64,000 nucleotides of DNA from an uncultured Candidatus Saccharibacteria bacterium (GTDB lineage Bacteria; Patescibacteriota; Saccharimonadia; Saccharimonadales; Saccharimonadaceae). The notes beneath the pieces were generated by a model, which worked only from the letters and a program-made list of their open reading frames with translations, was not told where the DNA came from and did not search any database. The position numbers were made by a program, and so were the translations under genes. Location: the NCBI GenBank assembly GCA_938033875.1, contig CALHKG010000015.1, forward strand, positions 16,393 through 80,392, written 5' to 3'. This document shows, in pieces, positions 11,574 through 20,621 of this stretch. Position 1 is the first letter of the stretch; each line of letters begins with the position of its first letter.

Positions 11574-11966
11574 ATGACGCAAATTGTTAGGCGATCAACA
11601 AAATACACGAATGATGTGATGGCGATTTTAAAGAGCAAACATCACGCGACGAATGCTGAAATTGCTCAGGAATTGCGGAATATTCATCCTGAAGTTAGTG
11701 ACACGACGGTGCATCGAATAACTCAGCGCCTATGTGGCGACGGGGTGATTGGTTTGGCGCCATCGACCAAAAAGGGTTGCTTGCGATATGATATTCGTAA
11801 GGACGATCACGATCATTTTGTGTGCAGCGATTGTGATGGCCTGATGGATATTAAAATTGCCGATGAGATGAGAAAGCAGATTGCGCATGAAATTAGCGAT
11901 TGCTATATTGACGGCCCGTTGGTTGTGACGGGAGTTTGTAAAAAATGCCAGAAAAGGAGGAAATAA
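11574..11966 (+). CDS. Fur-family transcriptional regulator (PerR/Zur/Fur type undetermined)
   Basis: 130 aa. Winged-helix N-terminus (TVHRITQRL), HDH-HF metal site, two CxxC pairs (CSDC, CKKC). Stop overlaps the trxA start (TAATG). Confidence 0.8.
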   Translation: MTQIVRRSTKYTNDVMAILKSKHHATNAEIAQELRNIHPEVSDTTVHRITQRLCGDGVIGLAPSTKKGCLRYDIRKDDHDHFVCSDCDGLMDIKIADEMRKQIAHEISDCYIDGPLVVTGVCKKCQKRRK

Positions 11967-12295
11967 TGGCTTTATATGAAATTACAACGAAGCAAGAATT
12001 TGAAGATAAGGTGCTAAAAAGCGACGGTCCTGTACTAGTTGATTTTTGGGCGCCGTGGTGTCCGCCATGTCGCGCAATGGCTCCGCTTTTGCATCAAATT
12101 GCTGAAGAAACAGAGTTTGATATTGTTAAGGTTGACACTGAAGCAAGTCAGGAAAATGCGCAATTGGCTATGGAATACCGCGTGCAGGGAATTCCAAACA
12201 TGAAGATTTTTGTTGGCGGCGAGGAAGTTGTCGAAATGATAGGCATGAAGCCAAAGCAGACGTTGATTGACGCTTTGGAAAAAGCTGCGAAATAA
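11966..12295 (+). CDS. trxA: Thioredoxin
   Basis: WCPPC active site, ~109 aa. AGGAGG SD upstream. ATG at 11966 overlaps the Fur-family stop. Confidence 0.92.
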   Translation: MALYEITTKQEFEDKVLKSDGPVLVDFWAPWCPPCRAMAPLLHQIAEETEFDIVKVDTEASQENAQLAMEYRVQGIPNMKIFVGGEEVVEMIGMKPKQTLIDALEKAAK

Positions 12296-12315
12296 AAAAA
12301 ATAGAAGGGGGATTT

Positions 12316-12711
12316 ATGAAGGGTTTTAGTGGAAATATCGAAGAGCTTACGTTAGAAAATGATAATTTTCGTCAGGTTTTATATACTGCGAAGCATTGCC
12401 AATTGGTATTGATGAGCTTGCCTGTTGGTGGGGAAATTGGTTCGGAGGTTCATGAGGAGAATGATCAATTTTTCCGATTTGAGTCTGGCGAAGGTAAGGT
12501 TTTGATTGATGGCAATGAATATGCTGTTTCTAATGGTAGTGCGATTATTGTGCCGGCGGGCGCTGAGCATAATGTGATAAATACTGGCGAGGAGCCGCTT
12601 AAGCTTTATACTATTTATAGCCCAGCGCATCATAAAGATGGAATTGTTCGGGCAACACGTGAAGAAGCAGATGCTAACGAAGAAGATTTTGATGGTGTAA
12701 CTACCGAATAA
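12316..12711 (+). CDS. Cupin domain protein
   Basis: 131 aa. Cupin motifs (G-x5-H-x-H/E: GGEIGSEVHEE; PAGAEHNVIN). Confidence 0.7.
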   Translation: MKGFSGNIEELTLENDNFRQVLYTAKHCQLVLMSLPVGGEIGSEVHEENDQFFRFESGEGKVLIDGNEYAVSNGSAIIVPAGAEHNVINTGEEPLKLYTIYSPAHHKDGIVRATREEADANEEDFDGVTTE

Positions 12712-12743
12712 GCTGCTGCCAAAGGAGAAAGTTTTTACTAATT

Positions 12744-13208
12744 ATGTCTCGCAAAGGATCAATCGTCGGCGAGATGTTTAGCTCATTTGGGCGAGCAATT
12801 TTTCGTGGAATTGCGTGTGTCGTATCGCTAATTTTTAGGATTGCACCGCAGAAGGATCGCGTGCGGGTAATTGTTTATCGTGATGATGGTAAGATTTTAT
12901 TAGTTAGAAGCCGCTTTAGTCGTCAAGAATGGGCTTTGCCAGGAGGCGGGGTGAAATATAATGAGAGTTATGAGCAGGCTGCCGTTAGAGAAGTCTTGGA
13001 AGAAATTGGATTAAAGATACATAATCTGCGATATCTCGGAAAAGCTAATTCTCATGAATCATATGCCAAATTTTCAGTTCGAGTTTTTGCGGCGCACGCG
13101 TCTGATTATGACATAAAATGCAACTTTGAAATAATGGAAGCCCGGTGGTTTAATAGGGATTATCTTCCTAAAGAATATTACGCTTTGTATGCTAATAAGC
13201 GTCAGTAG
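12744..13208 (+). CDS. NUDIX hydrolase
   Basis: Nudix box GGGVKYNESYEQAAVREVLEEIGL. Confidence 0.8.
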   Translation: MSRKGSIVGEMFSSFGRAIFRGIACVVSLIFRIAPQKDRVRVIVYRDDGKILLVRSRFSRQEWALPGGGVKYNESYEQAAVREVLEEIGLKIHNLRYLGKANSHESYAKFSVRVFAAHASDYDIKCNFEIMEARWFNRDYLPKEYYALYANKRQ

Positions 13209-13236
13209 GCGACTCTGCTTTATGTATAATATGAGT

Positions 13237-13983
13237 ATGAATGATCGACAAATTTCCCAGCTTGAAATAGTAAAGACTAAAGTCCGGCAGTTGCTGGGCG
13301 GCGACACTTCGGGGCATGCTGATGATCATGTTGAGCGAGTGGCGTTGCTGGCAGAGCGTTTTGCTAACGAATGCAGCGAATCAGTGAACCTGCAAGAAGT
13401 GCTATTGACGGCTTGGCTGCATGATGTCGATGATTATAAATTAGTCGGTAAAACGCAGGCGGAAAAATTGACGAACGCGGTAAATATTATGGCGCAGGCA
13501 GAGATAGCTGATGATTTAAGTCAGGTTGTGCTGGAAAATATTGCGGCGATTGGTTATAGTAAACGGCTGAACGGCAAGCAGCCGCAGCGGTTGGCGGGGA
13601 AATTGGCGTCTGACGCTGATATGTGTGATGCTATTGGTGCGGTCGGCATTGAGCGAGCGTTGGTTTATGCTTGTCATCATGGTGGGCGGATTTTTGATCC
13701 TAAAGTTTGGCCGAATGTCAATCTGGCGGCGCACGAATATAACGCTGATGGCAATACGCATGATACTGACGGATTTATCAATCACTTCTTTGAGAAACTG
13801 CTGAAATTGAAAGGTTTGATGTTGACTGAGCCGGGGCGAATAGAAGCGGGAAATCGTCATCAAATTATGGTTGATTTTCTTCGCGCTTACTTCCGCGAGA
13901 AGAATGCATCTGACTGGAGTGAATTTTTGGAGGAATATTTACGTAGTATCGATGTCTATGATAGACTAAACTTAGTATATTAA
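13237..13983 (+). CDS. HD-domain phosphohydrolase
   Basis: H...HD motif (HADDHVERV ... WLHDVDD). Start set to ATG 13237 because TATAAT 13225-13230 lies 6 nt upstream. The longer ORF from 13189 overlaps the preceding Nudix gene. Confidence 0.72.
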   Translation: MNDRQISQLEIVKTKVRQLLGGDTSGHADDHVERVALLAERFANECSESVNLQEVLLTAWLHDVDDYKLVGKTQAEKLTNAVNIMAQAEIADDLSQVVLENIAAIGYSKRLNGKQPQRLAGKLASDADMCDAIGAVGIERALVYACHHGGRIFDPKVWPNVNLAAHEYNADGNTHDTDGFINHFFEKLLKLKGLMLTEPGRIEAGNRHQIMVDFLRAYFREKNASDWSEFLEEYLRSIDVYDRLNLVY

Positions 13984-13998
13984 ATATTATAGTCTAGT

Positions 13999-15018
13999 AT
14001 GGAAAAGATCTTGAAGATACTTAATACTCGGTTTTGTAAGTTAGCTAAAAATAGTGCCACCGAGAAGCGCGCACACCGATATTCTCGAAACTCGCTAAGA
14101 CGAGGCAATAAAGCTGAAGGTGATAAATATCAAAGACTATTTGTAAAGAAATCATTACAATATTTACCGCATCATCTATTATTAGCGGTTTCTCATAGAA
14201 TACGATTGCGATGGGCTGAAAAAATATTAGACAAATTTGCCAGAAAATACATAATCAAGCCAAAATCAATACGCCAGTTTAAAGAGTCTGAAATAAAAGA
14301 ATATCAAAAACTGACGAAAGGTACTCAGTTTTGGCATGGTACCGGCCGCTGGCAGCATGGTGAGCACGGTATAACTGATGTCCTGAAAAGTTTTTGTGAT
14401 GCTGCCGGACTTAAGCCAGTACGTGATGTGTATGCAGTATTTGGCGGGAGTAAGCAACGTGTTGTGTATTCGGTTTCACTGTGTCGGAGCAGAATGATCG
14501 CGCGATCATATGCTGATATGCACGGCGTTGGCTGGAAAGAAGAAAATCGTTACGGTGATGCGCTTACATGGGTGTCGTATTATTATGGCATGTTTTACGC
14601 TCGTCTATTTATAACTAGCGGTTTTAAAATGATGCGTCGCTGGAAAGCGTGGCGAGCATTGTCTCATGATAATAATGGTGATAATACTTGGGGTAAAAAA
14701 GTAAATAGCCAAGCGCGAAATGTATGGGACGTTTTTTGCTTAGGTAGTGACATATCTGGAAATTATCCGATATTAATTGGTGTGAAAAATATTGATTCAC
14801 AGATAAAACTAGATAAGCCAATGTCTCAATACGAAGTTCGTGCTAGTAAACTGATAAATATTGCAAATATTTCACATATGGAAGTACCGTATGACAAGCA
14901 AGATGAAGTGCGAAAGTTATTGCGCAAACACGATGTTAAATTGCCAGTAACGAGTATAGAATTAGGCGAATATGTTAGCTCAAAAGAGCGTTTTATTGAC
15001 CTGATTAGCGCTTTGTAG
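13999..15018 (+). CDS. Hypothetical protein (ORFan, basic N-terminus)
   Basis: 339-aa ORF filling the interval. No motif recognised. Confidence 0.5.
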   Translation: MEKILKILNTRFCKLAKNSATEKRAHRYSRNSLRRGNKAEGDKYQRLFVKKSLQYLPHHLLLAVSHRIRLRWAEKILDKFARKYIIKPKSIRQFKESEIKEYQKLTKGTQFWHGTGRWQHGEHGITDVLKSFCDAAGLKPVRDVYAVFGGSKQRVVYSVSLCRSRMIARSYADMHGVGWKEENRYGDALTWVSYYYGMFYARLFITSGFKMMRRWKAWRALSHDNNGDNTWGKKVNSQARNVWDVFCLGSDISGNYPILIGVKNIDSQIKLDKPMSQYEVRASKLINIANISHMEVPYDKQDEVRKLLRKHDVKLPVTSIELGEYVSSKERFIDLISAL

Positions 15019-15030
15019 TTATATGAAATT

Positions 15031-15378
15031 ATGACAAAGTATAAAATTGAACGGATTTATGAGCCGACCGCGTCAGATGATAGTTATCGTGTGCTGATCG
15101 ATCGATTGTGGCCGCGCGGAATTAGCAAAGAACGAGCTGCATTGGATGAGTGGAATAAAGAAATTGCCCCAACTGATGAATTGCGTAAATGGTTTAACCA
15201 CGACCCAGAAAAATTTCCGGAATTTTCTCGCCGTTATATGAAGGAGCTGGATAATAATCCTGCGGCTGCCGAAGCAAAGAATAGTTGGAACAAACAATCT
15301 GCAGTTACACTGCTATATGGCGCCAAAGATGCGGAACATAATCAGGCGATAGTTCTCAAAAAGTGGTTGGAAGATTAG
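15031..15378 (+). CDS. DUF488 family protein (YeaO-like)
   Basis: 115 aa. Characteristic RVLIDRLWPRGISKE ... W.KEIAPT.ELRKWF.H pattern. Confidence 0.72.
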   Translation: MTKYKIERIYEPTASDDSYRVLIDRLWPRGISKERAALDEWNKEIAPTDELRKWFNHDPEKFPEFSRRYMKELDNNPAAAEAKNSWNKQSAVTLLYGAKDAEHNQAIVLKKWLED

Positions 15379-15433
15379 TCAATCGCTAGAATAATGCTTG
15401 CATAATTGTCGTGTTTAGATTGTAATATATTTA

Positions 15434-17011
15434 ATGAATCAAGCATTGCAAGCCAAGCTGAAGACTTTGCCGCGAACGCCCGGTGTTTATTTTCATAAGT
15501 CGGCGAGCGGCGAGGTAATTTATGTTGGCAAGGCGGCGGTTCTTAAAAACCGCGTACGTCAGTATTTTCAAGATTCGCGCGGGCGAGACAATAAAACTAT
15601 GGCGCTGGTGGCGGAGATTTTTGATACTGATTGGATTGAAACTGAGAGTGAGGTTGATGCGCTATTTTTGGAAAGTGAGATGATCAAGCGTTATATGCCG
15701 CGATACAATGTTCTGTTGCGTGATGATAAGTCTCAGATGTATGTTCGGATTGATATGAAAAGCGATTGGCCGACGGTCAGTTTTACGCGGAATCCTGCCG
15801 ATGATGGTGCGGATTATTTTGGTCCATTTTACAATGGTTTTGCGTTAAAAAAGGCATTGCGCTATTTGAGGCGAATTTTTCCATATCTCACTCACCAAAG
15901 ACGCCCTGGGCAATCAAAGTTGGATGAAGATTTGGGCTTAAGTCCAAAAATAAGTGATGGCTCGGACGCGTATAAAGCTGGTTTGCGTAAATTGATAAGT
16001 TATATCAAGGGAAATCGCAAGGCTATTGCCGTGGAGCTAGAGCGTGATATGAAAACGGCTGCGGGACTTCACGATTTTGAGCGGGCGGCAAGTCTGAGGA
16101 ATAAGTTGCGCGCCATGCAAGAGCTTCAGCGACGCGTTATGTTTGGCGATAAGGAATTTTTGGATATTTCAAAAGATAAGGCGCTGGCTGATTTAGCAAA
16201 ACTACTTGGCTTGAAAAATATTCCAGTGCGAATTGAGGGTTATGATATTTCGCATATGAGCGGACGCCAAGTCGTGGCGAGTATGGTGGTCTTTACGAAT
16301 GGTGCGAGCGATCGTGCGGAATATCGCAAATTTAAGGTGGGTGAAAAAAACGACGACACTGGAAATATGTATGAGGTGATTTTTAGGCGGCTTGGCGAGC
16401 GAAATATCAAAAGCTGGGGTCGTCCGGATCTGTTGTTGATTGACGGTGGAAAGGGTCAACTCTCGACGGCGATTAAGGCAAGGGATGAGCGCGGAATAAA
16501 ATTGCCAATTATCAGCATAGCTAAGCGAGAAGAGGAAATTATTATTCATAAAATTGGCTCGCAAATTGACGTATCGTATATTGAAGAATTGCAAAAATCT
16601 ATTCATCGGGATATTGCTATTTATGAGGATGGTGATGTATATGTAGTGAATTTGCATCCTACTCAGCGCAACGCCGGATCTCATTCAAAGAATCTACGAG
16701 GCTCTGCTATCGATGACGATTCCAGCAGGGACAATTTTACAAAAAGTTCTATTGCGACGACAGATATTGTCAAGCTTTTCCAGCGGATTCGTGACGAGTC
16801 GCACCGATTTGCTGTGAGCTATCATACAGCGCTGAAGCGTCAAAATCAGACGAAAAATCAACTGGAGGAAATTCCGGGAATTGGTCCAAAGACGCGTGCG
16901 AAATTGTTGAGGAAATTTGGTAGTGTGAAAAAAATTATCGAGGCGGATTATACGGAATTGCAGGCGGAAGTTGGCTCGAAAAAGGCGAATTTGATTAAGC
17001 ACTTATCTTAA
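15434..17011 (+). CDS. uvrC: Excinuclease ABC subunit C
   Basis: N-terminal GIY-YIG (GVYFH...GEVIYVGKA...LKNRV), UvrB-interaction region, Endo-V-like domain (IEGYDISH), C-terminal HhH (IPGIGPKTRAKLL). Confidence 0.93.
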   Translation: MNQALQAKLKTLPRTPGVYFHKSASGEVIYVGKAAVLKNRVRQYFQDSRGRDNKTMALVAEIFDTDWIETESEVDALFLESEMIKRYMPRYNVLLRDDKSQMYVRIDMKSDWPTVSFTRNPADDGADYFGPFYNGFALKKALRYLRRIFPYLTHQRRPGQSKLDEDLGLSPKISDGSDAYKAGLRKLISYIKGNRKAIAVELERDMKTAAGLHDFERAASLRNKLRAMQELQRRVMFGDKEFLDISKDKALADLAKLLGLKNIPVRIEGYDISHMSGRQVVASMVVFTNGASDRAEYRKFKVGEKNDDTGNMYEVIFRRLGERNIKSWGRPDLLLIDGGKGQLSTAIKARDERGIKLPIISIAKREEEIIIHKIGSQIDVSYIEELQKSIHRDIAIYEDGDVYVVNLHPTQRNAGSHSKNLRGSAIDDDSSRDNFTKSSIATTDIVKLFQRIRDESHRFAVSYHTALKRQNQTKNQLEEIPGIGPKTRAKLLRKFGSVKKIIEADYTELQAEVGSKKANLIKHLS

Positions 17012-17061
17012 AATCAAGCATTCAATCGACAATAAAGCATAAATTATATATAATAAGACTA

Positions 17062-17436
17062 ATGAAAAGACAATTTGCAACGTTTTTGATTCGGCTAATT
17101 CTTAACTCGGTAGGTATTTGGGTTGCAGTGCGGTTGCTTGGAAATGAAACTCCGGGTGCAACTTCTGCGTGGACGTTTATGATGGCGGGGTTGATATTTT
17201 CGGTAGTGAATAGTGTATTGAAACCAATTGTTACAATTCTAGCTCTGCCAGCAATTCTATTGACATTAGGACTGTTTACCTTAATTGTAAATGGCTTTAT
17301 GGTTTATATTTCATTAGCTTTGGCGCCAGGAATTTCTATGACTTTTGCGCATTCAATTATTGCCGGGATTATATTGAGTTTGGTAAACTATATTATAAGT
17401 AGCGCGCTGGTTTTGCAGCGGGAAGAAAAGGAGTAA
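17062..17436 (+). CDS. Phage-holin-4_2/YvlD-like small membrane protein
   Basis: 124 aa, 4 TM. LKPIVTILALPAILLTLGLFTLIVNGFM resembles the YvlD family. Confidence 0.65.
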   Translation: MKRQFATFLIRLILNSVGIWVAVRLLGNETPGATSAWTFMMAGLIFSVVNSVLKPIVTILALPAILLTLGLFTLIVNGFMVYISLALAPGISMTFAHSIIAGIILSLVNYIISSALVLQREEKE

Positions 17437-17437
17437 T

Positions 17438-17674
17438 ATGTCAATTGATACAATTTTACCGTACGTGACGCTTGGATCTGCCGTACTGATGATTATCGCA
17501 ATTTTGTTGCAACAACGAGGCGCAAGTTTGGGTGCAGGATTCGGCTCGTCTGGGGAATTATTCACTACTCGTCGCGGATTTGATAAAAACTTGTTTGATG
17601 TAACTATTGTTTTTGCGGTGATTTTTGTGCTATCGATTTTAGCAAGTATGATTTTGCCAGGATTGCAAAAATAG
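17438..17674 (+). CDS. secG: Preprotein translocase subunit SecG
   Basis: 78 aa, two TM helices, LLQQRGASLGAGFGSSGELF Gly-rich loop typical of SecG. Confidence 0.7.
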   Translation: MSIDTILPYVTLGSAVLMIIAILLQQRGASLGAGFGSSGELFTTRRGFDKNLFDVTIVFAVIFVLSILASMILPGLQK

Positions 17675-17684
17675 GAGAATAGAT

Positions 17685-19475
17685 TTGAGCTCGGATAATT
17701 CGTCATGGAATCGTTTTGCGCGGCTAAAAGTTTCCAGTAAAGATGTCAATAAGCGTCTGCGTAAGATTGAAAAGGGGAGCTTGCGTCATGCGCATAAATT
17801 CGTGACATCCAGGCTGGATCGCTTATCTAATGTGCGACGTCGGGTTTCTGTCTGGATTATTCTAGTATTGGTGATGATTGGTGCCAGCGCGGTGCAGTGG
17901 CATATTTCTCGCAATTCTTTCACAACAATGGCGTACACTTCTGGCGGATCATATTCTGAGGGTGTGCTGGGTCCTTTGGAAAATCTAAATCCGATTTTCG
18001 CAAAAACCAATGCTGAAAAATCTGCCGCGAAGTTGCTATTTTCAAGTTTGTATCGATATGACTCAACGGGCAATATAAAGGCTGACATGGCGGATAGTAT
18101 CAGCGTGAATGATAAAGAAACTGAATATACGGTTAAGCTAAAGAAGGACTTGAAGTGGTCAGACGGACAAGATTTAACGGCGGACGACGTAATTTTTACA
18201 TTGAAACTATTAGCGAATCCAGAAGTTGGGGCTGAGATATCTGGCTGGAAGTCTATAAAATTCGAGAAAGTGTCTGACGATTCGGTGAAGTTTATCTTGC
18301 CGTCGTCATATTCGCCGTTTGTCCACGCTTTGACATTCCCGATTATTCCTAAACATATATTAAAAGATGTTAAACCGTCGAATTTACGTGAACATGATTT
18401 TAATAAGTCGCCTATATCCAGCGGCCCATTCGCCTTTAGGTTGCTGCAGAATGTAACTAGCGATGGCAGTAAAAAAGTGCTATATTTGCAGTCGAACAGC
18501 AATTATTATGGCAGCACGCCTAAGTTAGAGCGATTCCAGTTGTACGCGTATCCGACGCAGGATGATATTGCGAAAAGTTTGCGTACGCGAGAAATTACAG
18601 GAACTCCAGAATTGATTTATAACGATCAATCCGCCGAGGTAAAATCTATGTATGCCGCAGAAGCGCATTCTTTGAATAACGGAGTTTACGCGCTGTTTAA
18701 TAACAACAGTCAGTTCTTGCGATCAAAAGCAGTTCGCCAAGCTTTGTCGCTCAGTGTCGACACATCCAAGCTACGCCAATCTTTGTCATTGTCTACAGAG
18801 GAATTATCTGGTCCAACGCTCAACAAATTCCTAGGAAATAATTCGAATTCGTCTAGTTATGACGTCAAGAAAGCGAAATCTCTACTTGACGCCGAGGGCT
18901 GGAAGAGTGTGAATAATGTTCGTCAGAAGGGAAATGATAAGTTAAAACTCAACGTGGTTGTTTTAAAGAATAGCAATTACGAAAAGGTCGTCAGATACTT
19001 GGCTCAAGTTTGGTATGACGAGCTGAACATAGAATCGGATATTAAGGTTGTCGATCCGAACGACGCCACTCAAAATATTCTTCAGACAGTTTTACAGCCG
19101 CGCAATTTTGATGTGTTGGTTTATGAGCTCTCCTTGGGTGGCGACCCCGATGTTTACGCCTATTGGCATTCTTCACAGGCAACCAACAATGGTTTGAATT
19201 TCTCCAATTACAATAATGCGATAGCGGACGATGCTTTGGAGAGCGGTAGATCTAAGATTTCAGCGAAGCAACGCGCTGATCGTTATGCGAAGTTTACTGC
19301 CACTTGGCAAGCAGACGCCCCAGCGATTGCCTTGTATCAACCGAAGTTTGACTATATTCATATTCGGAACGTTAAAGCTCTCGACGCAAGCACCGAAGTT
19401 GTCAATCCCGTCGATCGCTATGTCGATGTTCAATATTGGGCGACAGAGAAAAAGTCCGTTTACAAAACCCCGTAA
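17685..19475 (+). CDS. ABC-transporter solute-binding protein, family 5 (peptide/nickel type), membrane-anchored
   Basis: 596 aa. TTG start 7 nt after AGGAG. N-terminal TM anchor. SBP_bac_5-like features (KWSDGQDLTADDVIFT, PFVHALTFPIIPKH). Confidence 0.78.
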   Translation: MSSDNSSWNRFARLKVSSKDVNKRLRKIEKGSLRHAHKFVTSRLDRLSNVRRRVSVWIILVLVMIGASAVQWHISRNSFTTMAYTSGGSYSEGVLGPLENLNPIFAKTNAEKSAAKLLFSSLYRYDSTGNIKADMADSISVNDKETEYTVKLKKDLKWSDGQDLTADDVIFTLKLLANPEVGAEISGWKSIKFEKVSDDSVKFILPSSYSPFVHALTFPIIPKHILKDVKPSNLREHDFNKSPISSGPFAFRLLQNVTSDGSKKVLYLQSNSNYYGSTPKLERFQLYAYPTQDDIAKSLRTREITGTPELIYNDQSAEVKSMYAAEAHSLNNGVYALFNNNSQFLRSKAVRQALSLSVDTSKLRQSLSLSTEELSGPTLNKFLGNNSNSSSYDVKKAKSLLDAEGWKSVNNVRQKGNDKLKLNVVVLKNSNYEKVVRYLAQVWYDELNIESDIKVVDPNDATQNILQTVLQPRNFDVLVYELSLGGDPDVYAYWHSSQATNNGLNFSNYNNAIADDALESGRSKISAKQRADRYAKFTATWQADAPAIALYQPKFDYIHIRNVKALDASTEVVNPVDRYVDVQYWATEKKSVYKTP

Positions 19476-19499
19476 TCGGGTATAATGGTAAGTGGCTAT

Positions 19500-19587
19500 G
19501 CGGGCGTGGCGGAATTGGTAGACGCGCTAGCTTGAGGGGCTAGTGAGCATTGCGCTCGTGGAAGTTCAAGTCTTCTCGCTCGCACCA
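19500..19587 (+). tRNA. tRNA-Leu (anticodon GAG), CCA encoded
   Basis: Acceptor GCGGGCG/CGCTCGC, D-arm GCGGAATTGGTAGACGC, anticodon stem CTAGC/GCTAG with loop TTGAGGG, long variable arm, T-loop TTCAAGT. Confidence 0.9.
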
Positions 19588-19655
19588 AACATATTGCAAT
19601 TATTGGATGAATTGTTTGTGATATGTTTTGTAAAATCTGATATAATAAAAGCGGT

Positions 19656-19729
19656 GGCGCGTTGGCGGAGCGGTTACGCAGAGGTCTGCAAAACCTTTTA
19701 GACGAGTTCGACTCTCGTACGTGCCTCCA
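19656..19729 (+). tRNA. tRNA-Cys (anticodon GCA), CCA encoded
   Basis: Acceptor GGCGCGT/ACGTGCC, anticodon loop CTGCAAA, T-loop TTCGACT, 74 nt. Confidence 0.9.
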
Positions 19730-19854
19730 ATTTTTTGATGAATAGTCCTGAGTATTGGGCTATTTTTTATTTTGCGAAATTGTACAATTTACTTAGCGAA
19801 TATAGTATAATATAAACAGTCTGGCGCGTAGGTGTCTGGATTGTATATAAATAA

Positions 19855-19940
19855 GCGCGAGTGGCGGAATTGGTAGACGCGAGGGACTTAAAATCCCTTG
19901 ACCAAAAGTCGTGCGGGTTCGATTCCCGCCTTGCGCACCA
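19855..19940 (+). tRNA. tRNA-Leu (anticodon TAA), CCA encoded
   Basis: Acceptor GCGCGAG/CTTGCGC, anticodon loop CTTAAAA, long variable arm, T-loop TTCGATT. Confidence 0.9.
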
Positions 19941-19988
19941 AAGTTGTAAAGAAAGTAATATTGAATAGGAAAGGGACAAAGGTAAGAA

Positions 19989-20558
19989 ATGAGTCCATTG
20001 GTAATTGTACTTATTGTTACAGTGGTAGTTTTATTAGTACTCGTAGGAGTTGTAATCGGTGCGTACAACAGTTTGGTGGTACTACGCAACCGCGTAGAAG
20101 AAGCGTGGAGTGATATTACTGTTCAGCTAAAGCGCCGAACTGATTTAATTCCAAATTTGGTCAATTCAGTAAAAGGCTACGCTACACACGAAAAAGAAGT
20201 GTTTGAGAAGGTTGCAGAAGCTCGTTCAGCAATTATGAATGCTGGCAGCGTGGCTGAAACCGCTAAGGCTGAAAATGCTTTGGAAGGCGCGTTGAAGAGC
20301 TTGTTTGCCGTATCTGAGGCTTACCCAGAATTGAAAGCAAATCAAAACTTCTTGCAATTACAACAGGAATTGGTTGACACTGAGGACAAAATCCAAGCAG
20401 CTCGCCGATTCTACAATGGTGGCGTTCGCGACTTAAACACGAAGATTCAGACTTTCCCAACAAACATCATCGCGGGAATGTTTGGCTTCCAAGCTAAGGA
20501 ATTCTTCGACGTTGAGGACCGTGCAAGCGTTGAAAATCCAGTTGAAGTAAAGTTCTAA
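19989..20558 (+). CDS. lemA: LemA family protein
   Basis: 189 aa. N-terminal TM then the typical LemA sequence (YNSLV.LRN.VEEAWS.I.VQLKRR.DLIPNLV, ARR.YN). Confidence 0.9.
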   Translation: MSPLVIVLIVTVVVLLVLVGVVIGAYNSLVVLRNRVEEAWSDITVQLKRRTDLIPNLVNSVKGYATHEKEVFEKVAEARSAIMNAGSVAETAKAENALEGALKSLFAVSEAYPELKANQNFLQLQQELVDTEDKIQAARRFYNGGVRDLNTKIQTFPTNIIAGMFGFQAKEFFDVEDRASVENPVEVKF

Positions 20559-20573
20559 TTGAACCTTGAAATG

Positions 20574-20607
20574 AAAATCGCTCGTCTATTTTTAGCGGGC
20601 GATTTTT
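20574..20607 (+). terminator. Intrinsic terminator after lemA
   Basis: Stem AATCGCTCG/CGGGCGATT with 11-nt loop, followed by a T-run. Confidence 0.55.
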
Positions 20608-20621
20608 GGTATAATTAACAT

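Noticed and set aside
17786-18502. 238-aa minus-strand ORF.
   Set aside because: Antisense within the family-5 SBP gene, with no motifs.
19767-20113. Track ORFs 19767-19979(-), 19793-20089(-) and 19898-20113(+).
   Set aside because: They overlap tRNA-Leu(TAA) and the lemA start. They have no SD or promoter and an odd composition, so they are spurious.
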